From contig JAFUEZ010000008.1 of the NCBI GenBank assembly GCA_017470115.1, positions 86,653 through 150,652 of the forward strand: a DNA stretch of 64,000 bases, read 5' to 3'. Of the stretch, positions 20,237 through 30,957 are shown in pieces. Within the stretch, counting starts at the first letter, position 1. Every line of letters begins with the position of its first letter. A program made the position numbers and the translations under genes. The notes under the pieces were generated by a model. That model was not told the origin of the DNA. It was given only the letters and a program-made list of their open reading frames with translations, and searched no databases. The DNA is from Bacilli bacterium. Its GTDB lineage: Bacteria > Bacillota_I > Bacilli_A > RFN20 > CAG-826.

Positions 20237-23200
20237 ATGTTTATTAATAATATTGAAGATTATTTAACGTTTTATGGTTTAATTATTTATTCATCTGATA
20301 ATACGGAGGAAGAGATTGAATACCATTATGTTGGATCGCTTAATGACGATGAACTTTTGGTTGAATTTGAATTTGATCTTCAATCTTTATGCAGTGATTA
20401 TAATTTGAATTTAAACGACATATCGAATATCAAACTTGTTTTTGATGGTTCAAGCTCAAACATTCAAAAGATTTATTTTTGTAATGAATATAGAGAAGTA
20501 ATACAAGTTTTTGATAATGATGGACAAGCTGAATTCAATCTGGGATACATAAAAAATAATAATAATTTTGATGGTTTTCTTTATTTTTCAATTAGAAGTT
20601 CTGATGCTTCGGATTATCAAACTGTTGATGTTATTTCTTGTGAAATAATTTTGAATTATACAAATAATTTCAACAACAAGCCAGCATATAAAACAAAATT
20701 TTTAAGTAGCACAATAGATAATCTGCTTACATATAATATTGATCTTTATACAGGACGAATTGATTTTTCAAGAAGCATTATTTCGCTTTATGGAAATAAG
20801 ATGCCTCTTGAACTCAGTGAATCTTATAATCAATTTAAAGACACAAATTTTTTTGGAAATCGGAAACTTAACTTAGAACAAAAACTATATTTTTCTGATG
20901 GAAATTATTATTGGATTGATAATAAATATAAAACACATCAATTCGAGCAGATTAATAATTCATTATATTTTGATACCGAACATACTGGATTATTATTGAG
21001 AATTTATGCTAATGAATTTGTGATTACTAATGACGTTAATAAATTTATTCATTTTGATGCATCAATGAATTTGGTATCTATTGAAAGCAAAAGAGGAGTG
21101 GACTCTCTATTTTTACAAATTAGTCAATCATCAAACGGGCTTGTTTTTACTGATGGTATGGGAAGATGTGCTTCATATATAGCTAGTGACAACTCCCATA
21201 TTTTAACACTACCAGATTCTACAGTGTTGAATTTTTATTCATCTGCAAATCAAGATGTTTTTTCAAATATTGATGGTAGTCAAATTACTTATAAATATAA
21301 AGACATTCAAAATATTAAATTGCTTATTTCAGCTTCGTCAAACGAAAATAAAAGTGTTAAGTTTACCTATGATGAAAAATATAGAATAATTAAGATTGAA
21401 GAATTTAGCAGCAATTTAATTTCTAAAAGAACAATAATCGAATATTTTAATCATTACACGATTGTTACGAAAATAAATCATCCTTCAGATTTATTGATTA
21501 GTGAAAGAACTGGTTACTTTTTTGCAAAAAACGGTGAAGCGATTTCAGAACTAGACTTATATAAATATGAATACAATAAAGAGTCTGATATTTATTATTA
21601 TAATGAAGAAAGTTATGAACAATTAAAATTTGAAATAAATACCAATGATGCTATAAATATTACTCGTGTTGAAGGTACAAATTATTTTGGAATTAATACG
21701 ACATCTTTAAATGAAGATGAAGAATATGTTGTTTATGCAAAACTTAACAATGAAAAACTTCATATTTCAAATGTAAATGATCTTGAGGTTATATTGGATG
21801 ATGTATGGCCTGCATGTTATTTTGTCAGGCGCCTATTTTATATTAATTATTCTTTTGATGGAGAATTGACTTTAGCTGCTAAAATAAGGCCAAGTGAATA
21901 TACAAATGAATATATAATTTTGGAAGTTGGAGGCAGCCAGGCAAATTTAGTTGACAATTATACTTTCTATTTAACTAAAGTGAAACGTAGTAATTCATTT
22001 GATGTTATAAGAAGTTCTTCTCAAAGTGGAGATTTTACTGAAAGACGTAATAATCAGACAAGATATTGGAATAAACTTTATTCTTTGAAATTTTCTAATT
22101 ACCAAGATTGTGAAAAAATAACTTTGAAAGATTTTAATATAAGTTATTTAAATTTATTGAGAAATAATCAAGTGATTCTTCGGTACAATGATCTTTCTAA
22201 GGCTATTCTATATAATAATCAAAACGTTATTATAAACGATGATCTAGTAGTTGAATTTTCAAACTTATTATTAGGTCATCTTGATCTAAATTTAGGCGAA
22301 AAAACATTTTATTATTTAGAAGGTGAGAATGAATTAAATTTTTCATTTTATAAAATAATTAATAAGAATCGGCTTATTAAAAGCGGTTTAGTAAAGCAAA
22401 AAATCGATTTTTATGGAAATAAAATTGAAGAGGAAGACTCATTAGGTAATATTACAAACTATACGTTAGATAATTTTGGTAGAACACTGGCTATAGCCCA
22501 AATCACTTCGCAAGGTGTTTTTAAAACAGAATCAAATTATTCTTATTTATCAAACGAATTTAAAGAAATCAAATTAGATGAAGATGGATTAATTTATGAA
22601 TCTACGTATGATTTATTAACGGGTTTATTAAAATCACATAAAGAACCTAATGGAAATTATATTTATTATCAATATGATACCCACTATAGACTTGTAAGTG
22701 TTTCTTCATCAAACAATACGAACTCAATTAGTTATAATAAGCAAAATATATCAGCTTTGAATTCATCTGATGGCAATAATTTTAGTTTTTCATATAACTA
22801 CGAAAATGGATTAAATGCTGTGAAGGTCGATAATTTAAGTCATCTTGATAAGAGTTATGTTAAGGCACCAAATAAAGACGTTGCTAGAACACTTTATTCA
22901 AACTCAAAAGGAGATATCTCTTTATATAATCGATTTGGAAAATTAGTGCAGAAAGGGCAGATCACTTCACTATATTCAAACGGAATTATAGGCATGAATA
23001 AAATATATGGCGATATAGGTGGAAATTATTCAAATATTAATAATTATGATTTTAATGATCGTAATATTTCCAGTCAAAGCCCATTAAGAAAAGTAGTTTT
23101 TACAAATTTAACGAATCCATATGTTATTAATTATTCTTATAATGTTTATGGAAAAATCAATCAAGTTAATATCCCTAACAAATATAATTGTACATATTCT

Positions 23201-24973
23201 TATACTAATTTTGATTTACTTAATGGTGAAAATATTAGTTTTACTATTTTTGGGCAAAATATTTTTTCAACAAATAATTATTCATTTGTTCATATTGATG
23301 CATTAAATTCAGCAAGATTAGGAAGTTTCGCTTCTTCTATAAGTGGTTTTGAGATTTCTGATCAATACACATATGATAATTCATCTAGAATAGTAAGGCG
23401 TGAAATACTTCTCTCAATGCAATCATATGCATATGGTCAATTATCAATTAATTATGAATATACATACAAATCAAGAAGCGAAAACAATTTAACATTGTTA
23501 AGCAACAAATTATTAAGTAGAAGAGTAACAATTATTCAAGACACTATTGATAACTATTCAGAATATGAAGATGTAGAAACGTTTACTTATGATAATAATG
23601 GGAATTTAGCAAGCATTACCACTAATAATTATTTGGATAGATTTACTTATGATAATTTAAATAGATTAGTAAGAGAAGATAACCAAGCTTTAAATAGAAC
23701 ATTTGTTTATGCATATAACAATGGTGGCAATATTACATTTAAAGTTGAATACAATTATACTACCGGAAATTTAGGAACACCAATTAATGTAATCAGTTAT
23801 GGTTATAATAGTTCATCCCATAAAGATATGTTAATTTCTTGGAATGGATATAATTTTTCTTATGATGCCGCTGGAAACCCATTAACTTATAAGGGTTGTT
23901 CATTAACACGGAATAGTTCAAATAGACTATCAAAATACTCCTATAATGCGCAAAAATACATTGAATTTGAATATAACGCTATTGGGGAAAGAAGAGAAAA
24001 AGTATATCATAATGGTTCATCAACAATTAGACATACTTATACATATTTAGATAATAAGATTTTAGCTGAAGAAATTACAAGCAATAGCGAAAATAAAGCG
24101 ATTATTTTTATATACGAAAAAGATGAAATTATTGGTTTTTACGATAGATTTTCTTTGCCATATCTTTATAGAAAGAATATTTTAGGAGATGTTATCGAAA
24201 TAAATGATTATTATGGGGATTTAGTTGCTGAGTATAAATATGACGCATGGGGTAATTGCACAGTAACTAACCACAATGAAGAAAATATTGGAGATTTGAA
24301 TCCAATAAGATATAGAAGTTATTATTTTGATAATGAAACTGGTTTATATTATTTGATTAATAGATATTATGATCCTAAGACTGGTAGGTTTATATCACCA
24401 GATTCGATTGATTATTTGGATTATAAGCTAATTAATGGTCTTAATTTATATTGTTATTGCTTGAATAATCCAATTATCCATACAGACAAATTAGGAACAA
24501 TATCTATTTTAAGCATCTTAATTGTATTGGCTTCAGTCGTTATAATCTGTTATGGTCTTGGCAGGATTATTCTTGATTCTTCAAAAAACAATGATAAAGC
24601 ACCTGATGATTGGAACGGGGAAGAATTTTCTGAAAATTTCGAAGGTAAAATTTCAAAAAATTTTGAAAATTATACCATTTATTTCGAAATCACTAATACT
24701 AATCAATCAGATATCAACTTATATAATTTAACAATTTATGATTCATGGAAATATAGTGCCAGTCAAATTAGACAGTTTCTTAATTGGCTTAAGGATACGG
24801 GGAATTTTTCTACCTTAAATGTAGACAAAATGCTAAATGAACGGGCACGGCATAAGCTTGCTTATGAAATTGGATTTAAATATAAACATATTGCAGATGC
24901 TGATATATTTTTAAATTCAGATGATGTAGATCATTGGTATTCTTTTATTATAAACGGAAGGCTTTGGTATTAG
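20237..24973 (+). CDS. RHS/YD-repeat polymorphic toxin
   Basis: YD repeats; RHS core NPIRYRSYYFDNETGLYYLINRYYDPKTGRFISPD...NLYCYCLNNPI..DKLG; variable C-terminus. Confidence 0.92.
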   Translation: MFINNIEDYLTFYGLIIYSSDNTEEEIEYHYVGSLNDDELLVEFEFDLQSLCSDYNLNLNDISNIKLVFDGSSSNIQKIYFCNEYREVIQVFDNDGQAEFNLGYIKNNNNFDGFLYFSIRSSDASDYQTVDVISCEIILNYTNNFNNKPAYKTKFLSSTIDNLLTYNIDLYTGRIDFSRSIISLYGNKMPLELSESYNQFKDTNFFGNRKLNLEQKLYFSDGNYYWIDNKYKTHQFEQINNSLYFDTEHTGLLLRIYANEFVITNDVNKFIHFDASMNLVSIESKRGVDSLFLQISQSSNGLVFTDGMGRCASYIASDNSHILTLPDSTVLNFYSSANQDVFSNIDGSQITYKYKDIQNIKLLISASSNENKSVKFTYDEKYRIIKIEEFSSNLISKRTIIEYFNHYTIVTKINHPSDLLISERTGYFFAKNGEAISELDLYKYEYNKESDIYYYNEESYEQLKFEINTNDAINITRVEGTNYFGINTTSLNEDEEYVVYAKLNNEKLHISNVNDLEVILDDVWPACYFVRRLFYINYSFDGELTLAAKIRPSEYTNEYIILEVGGSQANLVDNYTFYLTKVKRSNSFDVIRSSSQSGDFTERRNNQTRYWNKLYSLKFSNYQDCEKITLKDFNISYLNLLRNNQVILRYNDLSKAILYNNQNVIINDDLVVEFSNLLLGHLDLNLGEKTFYYLEGENELNFSFYKIINKNRLIKSGLVKQKIDFYGNKIEEEDSLGNITNYTLDNFGRTLAIAQITSQGVFKTESNYSYLSNEFKEIKLDEDGLIYESTYDLLTGLLKSHKEPNGNYIYYQYDTHYRLVSVSSSNNTNSISYNKQNISALNSSDGNNFSFSYNYENGLNAVKVDNLSHLDKSYVKAPNKDVARTLYSNSKGDISLYNRFGKLVQKGQITSLYSNGIIGMNKIYGDIGGNYSNINNYDFNDRNISSQSPLRKVVFTNLTNPYVINYSYNVYGKINQVNIPNKYNCTYSYTNFDLLNGENISFTIFGQNIFSTNNYSFVHIDALNSARLGSFASSISGFEISDQYTYDNSSRIVRREILLSMQSYAYGQLSINYEYTYKSRSENNLTLLSNKLLSRRVTIIQDTIDNYSEYEDVETFTYDNNGNLASITTNNYLDRFTYDNLNRLVREDNQALNRTFVYAYNNGGNITFKVEYNYTTGNLGTPINVISYGYNSSSHKDMLISWNGYNFSYDAAGNPLTYKGCSLTRNSSNRLSKYSYNAQKYIEFEYNAIGERREKVYHNGSSTIRHTYTYLDNKILAEEITSNSENKAIIFIYEKDEIIGFYDRFSLPYLYRKNILGDVIEINDYYGDLVAEYKYDAWGNCTVTNHNEENIGDLNPIRYRSYYFDNETGLYYLINRYYDPKTGRFISPDSIDYLDYKLINGLNLYCYCLNNPIIHTDKLGTISILSILIVLASVVIICYGLGRIILDSSKNNDKAPDDWNGEEFSENFEGKISKNFENYTIYFEITNTNQSDINLYNLTIYDSWKYSASQIRQFLNWLKDTGNFSTLNVDKMLNERARHKLAYEIGFKYKHIADADIFLNSDDVDHWYSFIINGRLWY

Positions 24974-24974
24974 C

Positions 24975-26174
24975 GTGTCAAACAATTTTAGCAGATTAAA
25001 AACAAAATCTTTTAAAATACGACATTTTGCAATTTTTGGCTTTATTTTTCTAGGTTGCATTTTACCGCCTTTAGTTGTGTATGTATTACTATATACGGCT
25101 ATCAGCTCTTATGTCGAAAAGCATCTCCCAACTAGTATAGAAATATATGATTGTATTTTTGTTGATAGTAATAATAATTACTATTTAAAGAATAAATACG
25201 GGTCCATGTTAGTAAAGGATCAGAATTGGGGTAAATCCAATGCAATCGATGATATACTCCTAGAATTTGGTGATGACCTTAGACTTTTAGATGCGACAGG
25301 GGACAATCAATATTTATATTTATTTGTAAGCAATTATTATTCGAGAAGTTCCGCTTCAAAAGAATATAAAGCTTATTATTTAGTATATGATACTGACTTA
25401 TCTTTAAAATATAAATTTGATGTTTCATCCGATTATTATCGTTCTTTAGACATGTTATGCTCTAGTAATTTGCTTTATGTATATACGACTAATTATGATA
25501 ATGATAGATTAGATTTACACAGATTCGATTTTTCTAATTCTCAGGATGACATCTTGATGAGTGATGTTCAGGATAATAATGTTTATTACGATGACGATGT
25601 TACAATTCAGCTAAAGAAGGATAGTGATAATCGTTTTACGAAAATGAGAAAAGTCTCTAATAACACAAAGATGTTTTATAAATTTGACAAATTTTCCCTT
25701 TTAGATAAGGAAATAATATTGGATGCCAATTCTATTAAAATCAACGATGGCGGTATGTTATATACAATTAAAACTGATTTCGCAACTCCTAAATTTTATG
25801 AAGCTGCTTATGTTGAAAATAGCAAAATTAAGTTTGCAATCTATGACTATCTAAACAATGCAGAATGTGGAAGGCCTGATAGCAATTGCATTTGTCGTTA
25901 TGGCAGGTCTCATTATTATGTTTTTGATTTAAATAATAAAGCTATCAAAGAAGAAAAAGAATTGAAAGAAGGTAGTTTTATAATCGATTATTCTCAGGAT
26001 GAACTTATTTACTATTACAATAAGAAAATATACAATGGCGATATTTTTATGAGGGATTGTGAGGAAATTGAGTACGGTGAAATTGTCAAATTATATTTCG
26101 ATTCTGTGAACACCAGGGATTATTATAAACAGTTTTATATAACTTGTATAAACGGCGTTATCTATGGATTATAG
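24975..26174 (+). CDS. membrane-anchored RHS partner, candidate immunity protein
   Basis: Starts 1 nt after RHS stop; N-terminal TM; paralog of 4604..5785. Confidence 0.7.
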   Translation: MSNNFSRLKTKSFKIRHFAIFGFIFLGCILPPLVVYVLLYTAISSYVEKHLPTSIEIYDCIFVDSNNNYYLKNKYGSMLVKDQNWGKSNAIDDILLEFGDDLRLLDATGDNQYLYLFVSNYYSRSSASKEYKAYYLVYDTDLSLKYKFDVSSDYYRSLDMLCSSNLLYVYTTNYDNDRLDLHRFDFSNSQDDILMSDVQDNNVYYDDDVTIQLKKDSDNRFTKMRKVSNNTKMFYKFDKFSLLDKEIILDANSIKINDGGMLYTIKTDFATPKFYEAAYVENSKIKFAIYDYLNNAECGRPDSNCICRYGRSHYYVFDLNNKAIKEEKELKEGSFIIDYSQDELIYYYNKKIYNGDIFMRDCEEIEYGEIVKLYFDSVNTRDYYKQFYITCINGVIYGL

Positions 26175-26343
26175 AAGCTGAGTTTTAATGCAATTAATAT
26201 TGGTGATATTTTTGCACAATTCAATTTCGGAATTTAACTTAATTAAACGTATATTAGTTTCAAAATTATAAAAACCTTGCAAAAGCGGTATAAAATTTAA
26301 AAATTTGATTAAAATTTATTTATATGAATGGGCAATCTAGACA

Positions 26344-26539
26344 GATTTAAATACAAATTAAATGCGTAACAAAGATGCTGATTACTTAAATATGTTAGGA
26401 GAAGAACTTGCTAAAAAATATAACAATCTCACATATGTTCATGCAGATTTTAAAAAGAATAATGGTCAAGATATCGGTGTTGATTTATCTAAAAAATTGG
26501 CATTTATCGCCAATGTTTTTGTGGTTGTGAGTTTAGTAA
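26344..26539 (+). pseudogene. queH: duplicated queH 3' end (copy 2), frameshifted
   Basis: 26371-26539 aligns with 19999-20168 with scattered, largely third-position changes and a 1-nt deletion in the A-run. Confidence 0.9.
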
Positions 26540-26562
26540 AATTTAATTTAAGATTATTGATT

Positions 26563-26979
26563 TTATTTTGATATATAATTGAAAATTTCTTGAGGCGTGA
26601 AAGCTGGAATATTGCTATTCAAATAATCTTTTTTGTTTAAAGTTATAATTGCATCTATATGAGATTCTTCTGCAGCAAAAGATTGTAAAGCATCTTCATA
26701 ATCAGCAAAATCTGAAAATAAGGCATCAATTGCAGTATCGTTTGTAATGCTTATTACTTTTGAGGTGATCTCATATGCTTTGTGTTGTAATAATTTTGCT
26801 ATTTTAGAATCATGAAGTTGTCGTTTTAAAATGAATTCAATATCTCTTAAGGATTGAGTAGTGATATAAGTTTCATGATTATTTCTATAAAAAAGAAAAA
26901 ATAGTTTTTTAATTAACAAATAATTTTCCCTTTTCAAAAAGAGTTCAAGATAAATGTTTGTATCAATCAATAGTTTCAT
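26563..26979 (-). CDS. PIN-domain (VapC-like) toxin
   Basis: LLIDTNI, DYEDALQ, IITLNKKDY. Confidence 0.9.
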   Translation of the reverse strand: MKLLIDTNIYLELFLKRENYLLIKKLFFLFYRNNHETYITTQSLRDIEFILKRQLHDSKIAKLLQHKAYEITSKVISITNDTAIDALFSDFADYEDALQSFAAEESHIDAIITLNKKDYLNSNIPAFTPQEIFNYISK

Positions 26980-26981
26980 AA

Positions 26982-27215
26982 TTATAAATGTTTCTTAATT
27001 AATTCGTCTTGAAGAGCTTTATCATCGCTAGTTGAAACTTCTTTTGTTTCGATAGAAGACAAAATTTCATCAAGTTCAACAAGAGCTTTAAATTTTGGAT
27101 TTGTTAAGCAAGCAATAACGTTTCCATTTTTTGTAACATAAACATCTTCTTGGGTGGATTTTGAAAGATAAAAACTTAAATTGTTTTTTAATTCTGTAGC
27201 TGTAACATAACACAT
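26982..27215 (-). CDS. Phd/YefM-family antitoxin
   Basis: VTATELKNNLS.YL, VYVTKNG; start reassigned after GGAGG. Confidence 0.88.
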   Translation of the reverse strand: MCYVTATELKNNLSFYLSKSTQEDVYVTKNGNVIACLTNPKFKALVELDEILSSIETKEVSTSDDKALQDELIKKHL

Positions 27216-27248
27216 AAAAAGCACCTCCAATATAAATATATCTAAAGT

Positions 27249-27287
27249 TGTACAAAATGAAAAATAAAAATGTACATTATTCGTACA
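27249..27287. promoter_or_regulatory. TGTACA operator cores of TA promoter
   Basis: TGTACA at 27249 and 27271, CGTACA at 27282; same core as YefM/Axe operators. Confidence 0.6.
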
Positions 27288-27327
27288 GATTGTGTGAAAA
27301 TATCTGAATCATTGAATGATCTATAAT

Positions 27328-27439
27328 TTTGTTGTGGAGATTTAAACATGTATAAAGAACAATTGGCAAGATATCGGTGTTGATCTATTCAAAAAATAGG
27401 TATTTAAAGACAATGTTTTTAGGGTGTGAATTTAGCAAA
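27328..27439 (+). pseudogene. queH: degenerate queH remnant (copy 3)
   Basis: CAAGATATCGGTGTTGAT...AGACAATGTTTTT...GAATTTAG matches queH 3' end. Confidence 0.75.
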
Positions 27440-27654
27440 AATGAATAAATATTTGCTTTTTTAATAGCATGAAAAAGTGATGATGAATACTTTTTTAACT
27501 TTTTGAAAAAAATGATAATTTTATTTTCTCAATTGGCAATTTTTAATCATAACTATCGATATTTTTGTTAATTCAAGAAAAAAATCAAAATTTTTCAATT
27601 TTAATGTTGACTAATTATATATAATTATGGTTTAATTTTAAGGCTTACGGAAAA

Positions 27655-27730
27655 GCGTTGATATGCGAGGTTGCTGATACACCCACAAGCGTTGTCATGA
27701 AGGTAGTCAGGGAATTCGCATTGAGCCTAT
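27655..27730 (+). ncRNA. rpsJ (S10) operon leader RNA
   Basis: GAGGTTGCTGATACACCC...TTGTCATG resembles the conserved Firmicutes S10 leader; flanks TGCGA/TCGCA pair. Confidence 0.65.
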
Positions 27731-27758
27731 AGCGTAAGGGTAAGAAAGGAGCGAATTC

Positions 27759-28070
27759 ATGGCAAAAGTTAAGAAAATTAGGGTTCGTTTACAAGCTTAT
27801 GATCACAAAGTACTCGATATGAGTGTTTCAAAGATTTGTAACGCAATCACTAAAACAGGTGCTGGTGTAGTAGGACCTATTCCACTTCCAACGGAAAAAC
27901 AAGTCTACACAATCTTAAGAGCTGTTCACAAATATAAAGATTCCCGTGAACAATTCGAAATCAGAACTCACAAGAGAATTATCGACATTGTTAATCCTAA
28001 CAGTGATACAATCGATGCCTTAAGAAGACTCGATCTTCCAAGTGGTGTTGACATCGATATCAAATTATAA
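27759..28070 (+). CDS. rpsJ: 30S ribosomal protein S10
   Basis: [25 protein letters not shown]. Confidence 0.99.
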   Translation: MAKVKKIRVRLQAYDHKVLDMSVSKICNAITKTGAGVVGPIPLPTEKQVYTILRAVHKYKDSREQFEIRTHKRIIDIVNPNSDTIDALRRLDLPSGVDIDIKL

Positions 28071-28084
28071 GGAGGGTAAGGCTA

Positions 28085-28768
28085 ATGAAAGAAATCATCG
28101 GTAGAAAAATGGGCATGACTCAAGTCTACGCAGAAGACGGAACATTATATGCTGTTACAGTTGTTGAAGTCTTACCAAACGTTGTCATCCAAAAGAAAAC
28201 AGTCGAACATGATGGCTATGAAGCAATTCAAGTCGGTTATGAAGACATGAAAGAAAGCAGAGCAAACAAATGCGAAAAAGGAATCTTCGCAAAAGCAAAC
28301 GTTTCTCCAAAACAATTCTTATACGAATTAAAGGGTGATGAAGTTTACGGATTTGAAGTCGGTCAAGAAATCAAAGCAGACTTATTCCAAGCAGGCGACA
28401 TCGTTGACGTCATCGGAACAAGTAAAGGTAGAGGATATGCTGGTGTCATTAAGAGATGGGGTCATCATATCGGACCTAAAGGACATGGTTCAGGTTACCA
28501 CAGAGGACAAGGTTCATTTGCTAACAATGGTAGATGCAACAACAGAGTCATTCCTGGTAAGAAAATGTCCGGTCATATGGGAAATCAATCAGCAACAGTT
28601 TTAAATCAAATCGTTGTTAAGAGTGATGCAAATGCAAATTACATCTTAGTTAGAGGTGGCATCCCAGGACCAAAGAAATCAATCGTTAAAATCAGAAGTG
28701 CTGTAAAACCAAGTCTTCAAAAATACACTGTTAAACCAGTTCAAGACAAGACAGCAGCTGCTGAATAA
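28085..28768 (+). CDS. rplC: 50S ribosomal protein L3
   Basis: GRKMGMTQ, GTSKGRG, GKKMSGHMG. Confidence 0.99.
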   Translation: MKEIIGRKMGMTQVYAEDGTLYAVTVVEVLPNVVIQKKTVEHDGYEAIQVGYEDMKESRANKCEKGIFAKANVSPKQFLYELKGDEVYGFEVGQEIKADLFQAGDIVDVIGTSKGRGYAGVIKRWGHHIGPKGHGSGYHRGQGSFANNGRCNNRVIPGKKMSGHMGNQSATVLNQIVVKSDANANYILVRGGIPGPKKSIVKIRSAVKPSLQKYTVKPVQDKTAAAE

Positions 28769-28785
28769 CCAGAAGGGAGAAAATT

Positions 28786-29415
28786 ATGGCATCAACAAAT
28801 GTAAAAGTTAAAGTCTATTCCCAAGATGGTCAAGAAGTCTCAAGTGTTAACTTAGCTAAATCAGTCTTCGCAGTCGAGCCTAATGAACAAGTTATGTTCG
28901 ATGCAGTTATGGTTTATCAAGCTAACTCAAGACAAGCTACAGCTAAAACAAAGAAGAGATTTGAAGTCTCTGGCGGTGGTAAAAAACCATATAGACAAAA
29001 AGGTACTGGTAGAGCAAGAGCTGGTTCTACAAGATCCCCAATCTGGGTCGGCGGTGGTACAGTATTTGGCCCAACCGGCGAACAAAACTTCAAAATTAAA
29101 CAAAATAAGAAAGCTCACGCCTTAGCATTAAAGAGTGCATTAAGCCTAAAACTTCAAAAAGGTTTAATCGTTCTTGATGAATTAAAGGTTTCAGGAAAAA
29201 CAAAAGAAGTTGTCTCAGTCTTAAAAGCATTCAAGGCTGACAATCAAAAAGTTTTACTTGTCAGTGACGATGAATTAGTCTTACAAGGCGCAAACATCGT
29301 TTCAAACGTTACATTAAGACAAGTCGGAAACATTTCAGTTTATGACTTACTTAATAATGAAGTCGTCATTCTCACAAAAGAAGACGTCAAGAAAATTGAG
29401 GAGGAACTCGCATAA
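28786..29415 (+). CDS. rplD: 50S ribosomal protein L4
   Basis: KPYRQKGTGRARAGS. Confidence 0.99.
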   Translation: MASTNVKVKVYSQDGQEVSSVNLAKSVFAVEPNEQVMFDAVMVYQANSRQATAKTKKRFEVSGGGKKPYRQKGTGRARAGSTRSPIWVGGGTVFGPTGEQNFKIKQNKKAHALALKSALSLKLQKGLIVLDELKVSGKTKEVVSVLKAFKADNQKVLLVSDDELVLQGANIVSNVTLRQVGNISVYDLLNNEVVILTKEDVKKIEEELA

Positions 29416-29756
29416 TGCCACGTAAGAAGAAAGAAGAAGTCGTTGTCGCTCCAGTTAGTAAAGCAACAATCCATGACTTCGAAGTCATTGTCGAACCACT
29501 CATTACTGAAAAGAGCATGACAGTTAATCAAGAAAATGGTCAATACACATTCAAAGTTAAAAAGAATGCTAATAAAGTAGAAATTAGAAACGCCATTGAA
29601 AGAATTTATAACGTTACAGTTACAGGCGTTCAAACAGTTAATGTTCCAGCTAAAAACACAACAAGAGGAACAAGATTCCATGGAACAATTAGCGGTTTCA
29701 AAAAGGCTATCGTTACTTTAAAAGAGGGCGATGTAATCAATCTCTACGCTGAATAG
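29415..29756 (+). CDS. rplW: 50S ribosomal protein L23
   Basis: PLITEKS, KKAIVTL. Confidence 0.97.
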   Translation: MPRKKKEEVVVAPVSKATIHDFEVIVEPLITEKSMTVNQENGQYTFKVKKNANKVEIRNAIERIYNVTVTGVQTVNVPAKNTTRGTRFHGTISGFKKAIVTLKEGDVINLYAE

Positions 29757-29785
29757 TCTTATCAACTTATATATAGGAGAAAAAT

Positions 29786-30619
29786 ATGTCAGTAAAAAAT
29801 TATAAACCATATACTCCTTCAAGACGTGCAATGGTCACGTTAAGTTATGAAGAAGTAACTAAATCTACTCCTGAAAAAAGTTTATGTGTCACCCTTAAGA
29901 AATCAGGTGGCAGAAATCAACAAGGTGTTATCACAACTCGTCACATTGGCGGTGGTAATAAGAAAAAGTACAGAATCATCGATTTCAAAAGGAATAAAGA
30001 TGGAGTAGTCGGAAAGGTTCAAGCAATTGAATACGATCCAAACAGAAACGCATTTATCGCACTTATCGCTTATCTTGATGGTGAAAAACGTTACATCATT
30101 CAACCTAAGGGATTAAAAGTTGGTGATAAAATCGTATCCGGTGATGAAACAGAAATCAGAACTGGTAACGCATTACTCTTAAAGAACATTCCAGAAGGTA
30201 CCTTAGTTCACAACGTTGAACTTATGCCTAAAAAAGGTGGCCAACTCTGTAGATCAGCAGGTTGCTCCGCACAAATCTTAGGTAAAGAAGGAAAATATGT
30301 CATCGTTAGATTACAATCTGGCGAAACAAGAAAAATCTTAGGTGAATGTAAAGCTACAATCGGTGTTGTCGGTAATGAAGATTACAACCTTGTAAACTTT
30401 GGTAAAGCAGGTAAGACAAGATGGTTAGGAACACGTCCAACCGTTAGAGGTAGCGCAATGAACCCACCAGATCACCCACACGGTGGTGGTGAAGGTAAAT
30501 GTCCTGTCGGTAGAGATGCTCCACGTACTCCATGGGGTAAGAGAGCACTTGGTGTCAAGACAAGAAAACAAAAGAAAGCATCTTCTAAATTAATTATTAG
30601 AAGAGCTGGTAGTAAATAG
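29786..30619 (+). CDS. rplB: 50S ribosomal protein L2
   Basis: [16 protein letters not shown]. Confidence 0.99.
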   Translation: MSVKNYKPYTPSRRAMVTLSYEEVTKSTPEKSLCVTLKKSGGRNQQGVITTRHIGGGNKKKYRIIDFKRNKDGVVGKVQAIEYDPNRNAFIALIAYLDGEKRYIIQPKGLKVGDKIVSGDETEIRTGNALLLKNIPEGTLVHNVELMPKKGGQLCRSAGCSAQILGKEGKYVIVRLQSGETRKILGECKATIGVVGNEDYNLVNFGKAGKTRWLGTRPTVRGSAMNPPDHPHGGGEGKCPVGRDAPRTPWGKRALGVKTRKQKKASSKLIIRRAGSK

Positions 30620-30638
30620 AGAAAGGAGGAGATGAAAA

Positions 30639-30947
30639 ATGGCACGTAGTTTGAAAAAAGGACCATTTGTAGATGAAAGCTTAATGAAGAAAGTTCAAGC
30701 TTTAAATGAAGCAAATAAAAAAGCCGTCATTAAAACATGGTCAAGAAGAAGTACAATTTTCCCAGATTTCGTTGAACACACCTTCGCTGTTTATAACGGA
30801 CACACATTCATTACAGTTTACGTTACAGAAGATATGGTCGGTCATAAGTTAGGTGAATTCGCACCAACAAGAACTTATAAAGGTCACTTCGGAAATAACG
30901 CAGAAGATAAGGCAGCCGCTATGAAGGCAGCTGGTATCAAGAAATAG
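30639..30947 (+). CDS. rpsS: 30S ribosomal protein S19
   Basis: [19 protein letters not shown]. Confidence 0.99.
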   Translation: MARSLKKGPFVDESLMKKVQALNEANKKAVIKTWSRRSTIFPDFVEHTFAVYNGHTFITVYVTEDMVGHKLGEFAPTRTYKGHFGNNAEDKAAAMKAAGIKK

Positions 30948-30957
30948 GAGGTAGGTT

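Noticed and set aside
26362-26571. 69-aa ORF in the track
   Set aside because: It is the frameshifted queH 3' duplicate, not an independent gene
27780-29992. AGG-to-Met or CGA reassignment
   Set aside because: AGG occupies conserved Arg in S10 (KIRVR) and L2 (FKRN); CGA occupies conserved Arg in Maf and RsmD
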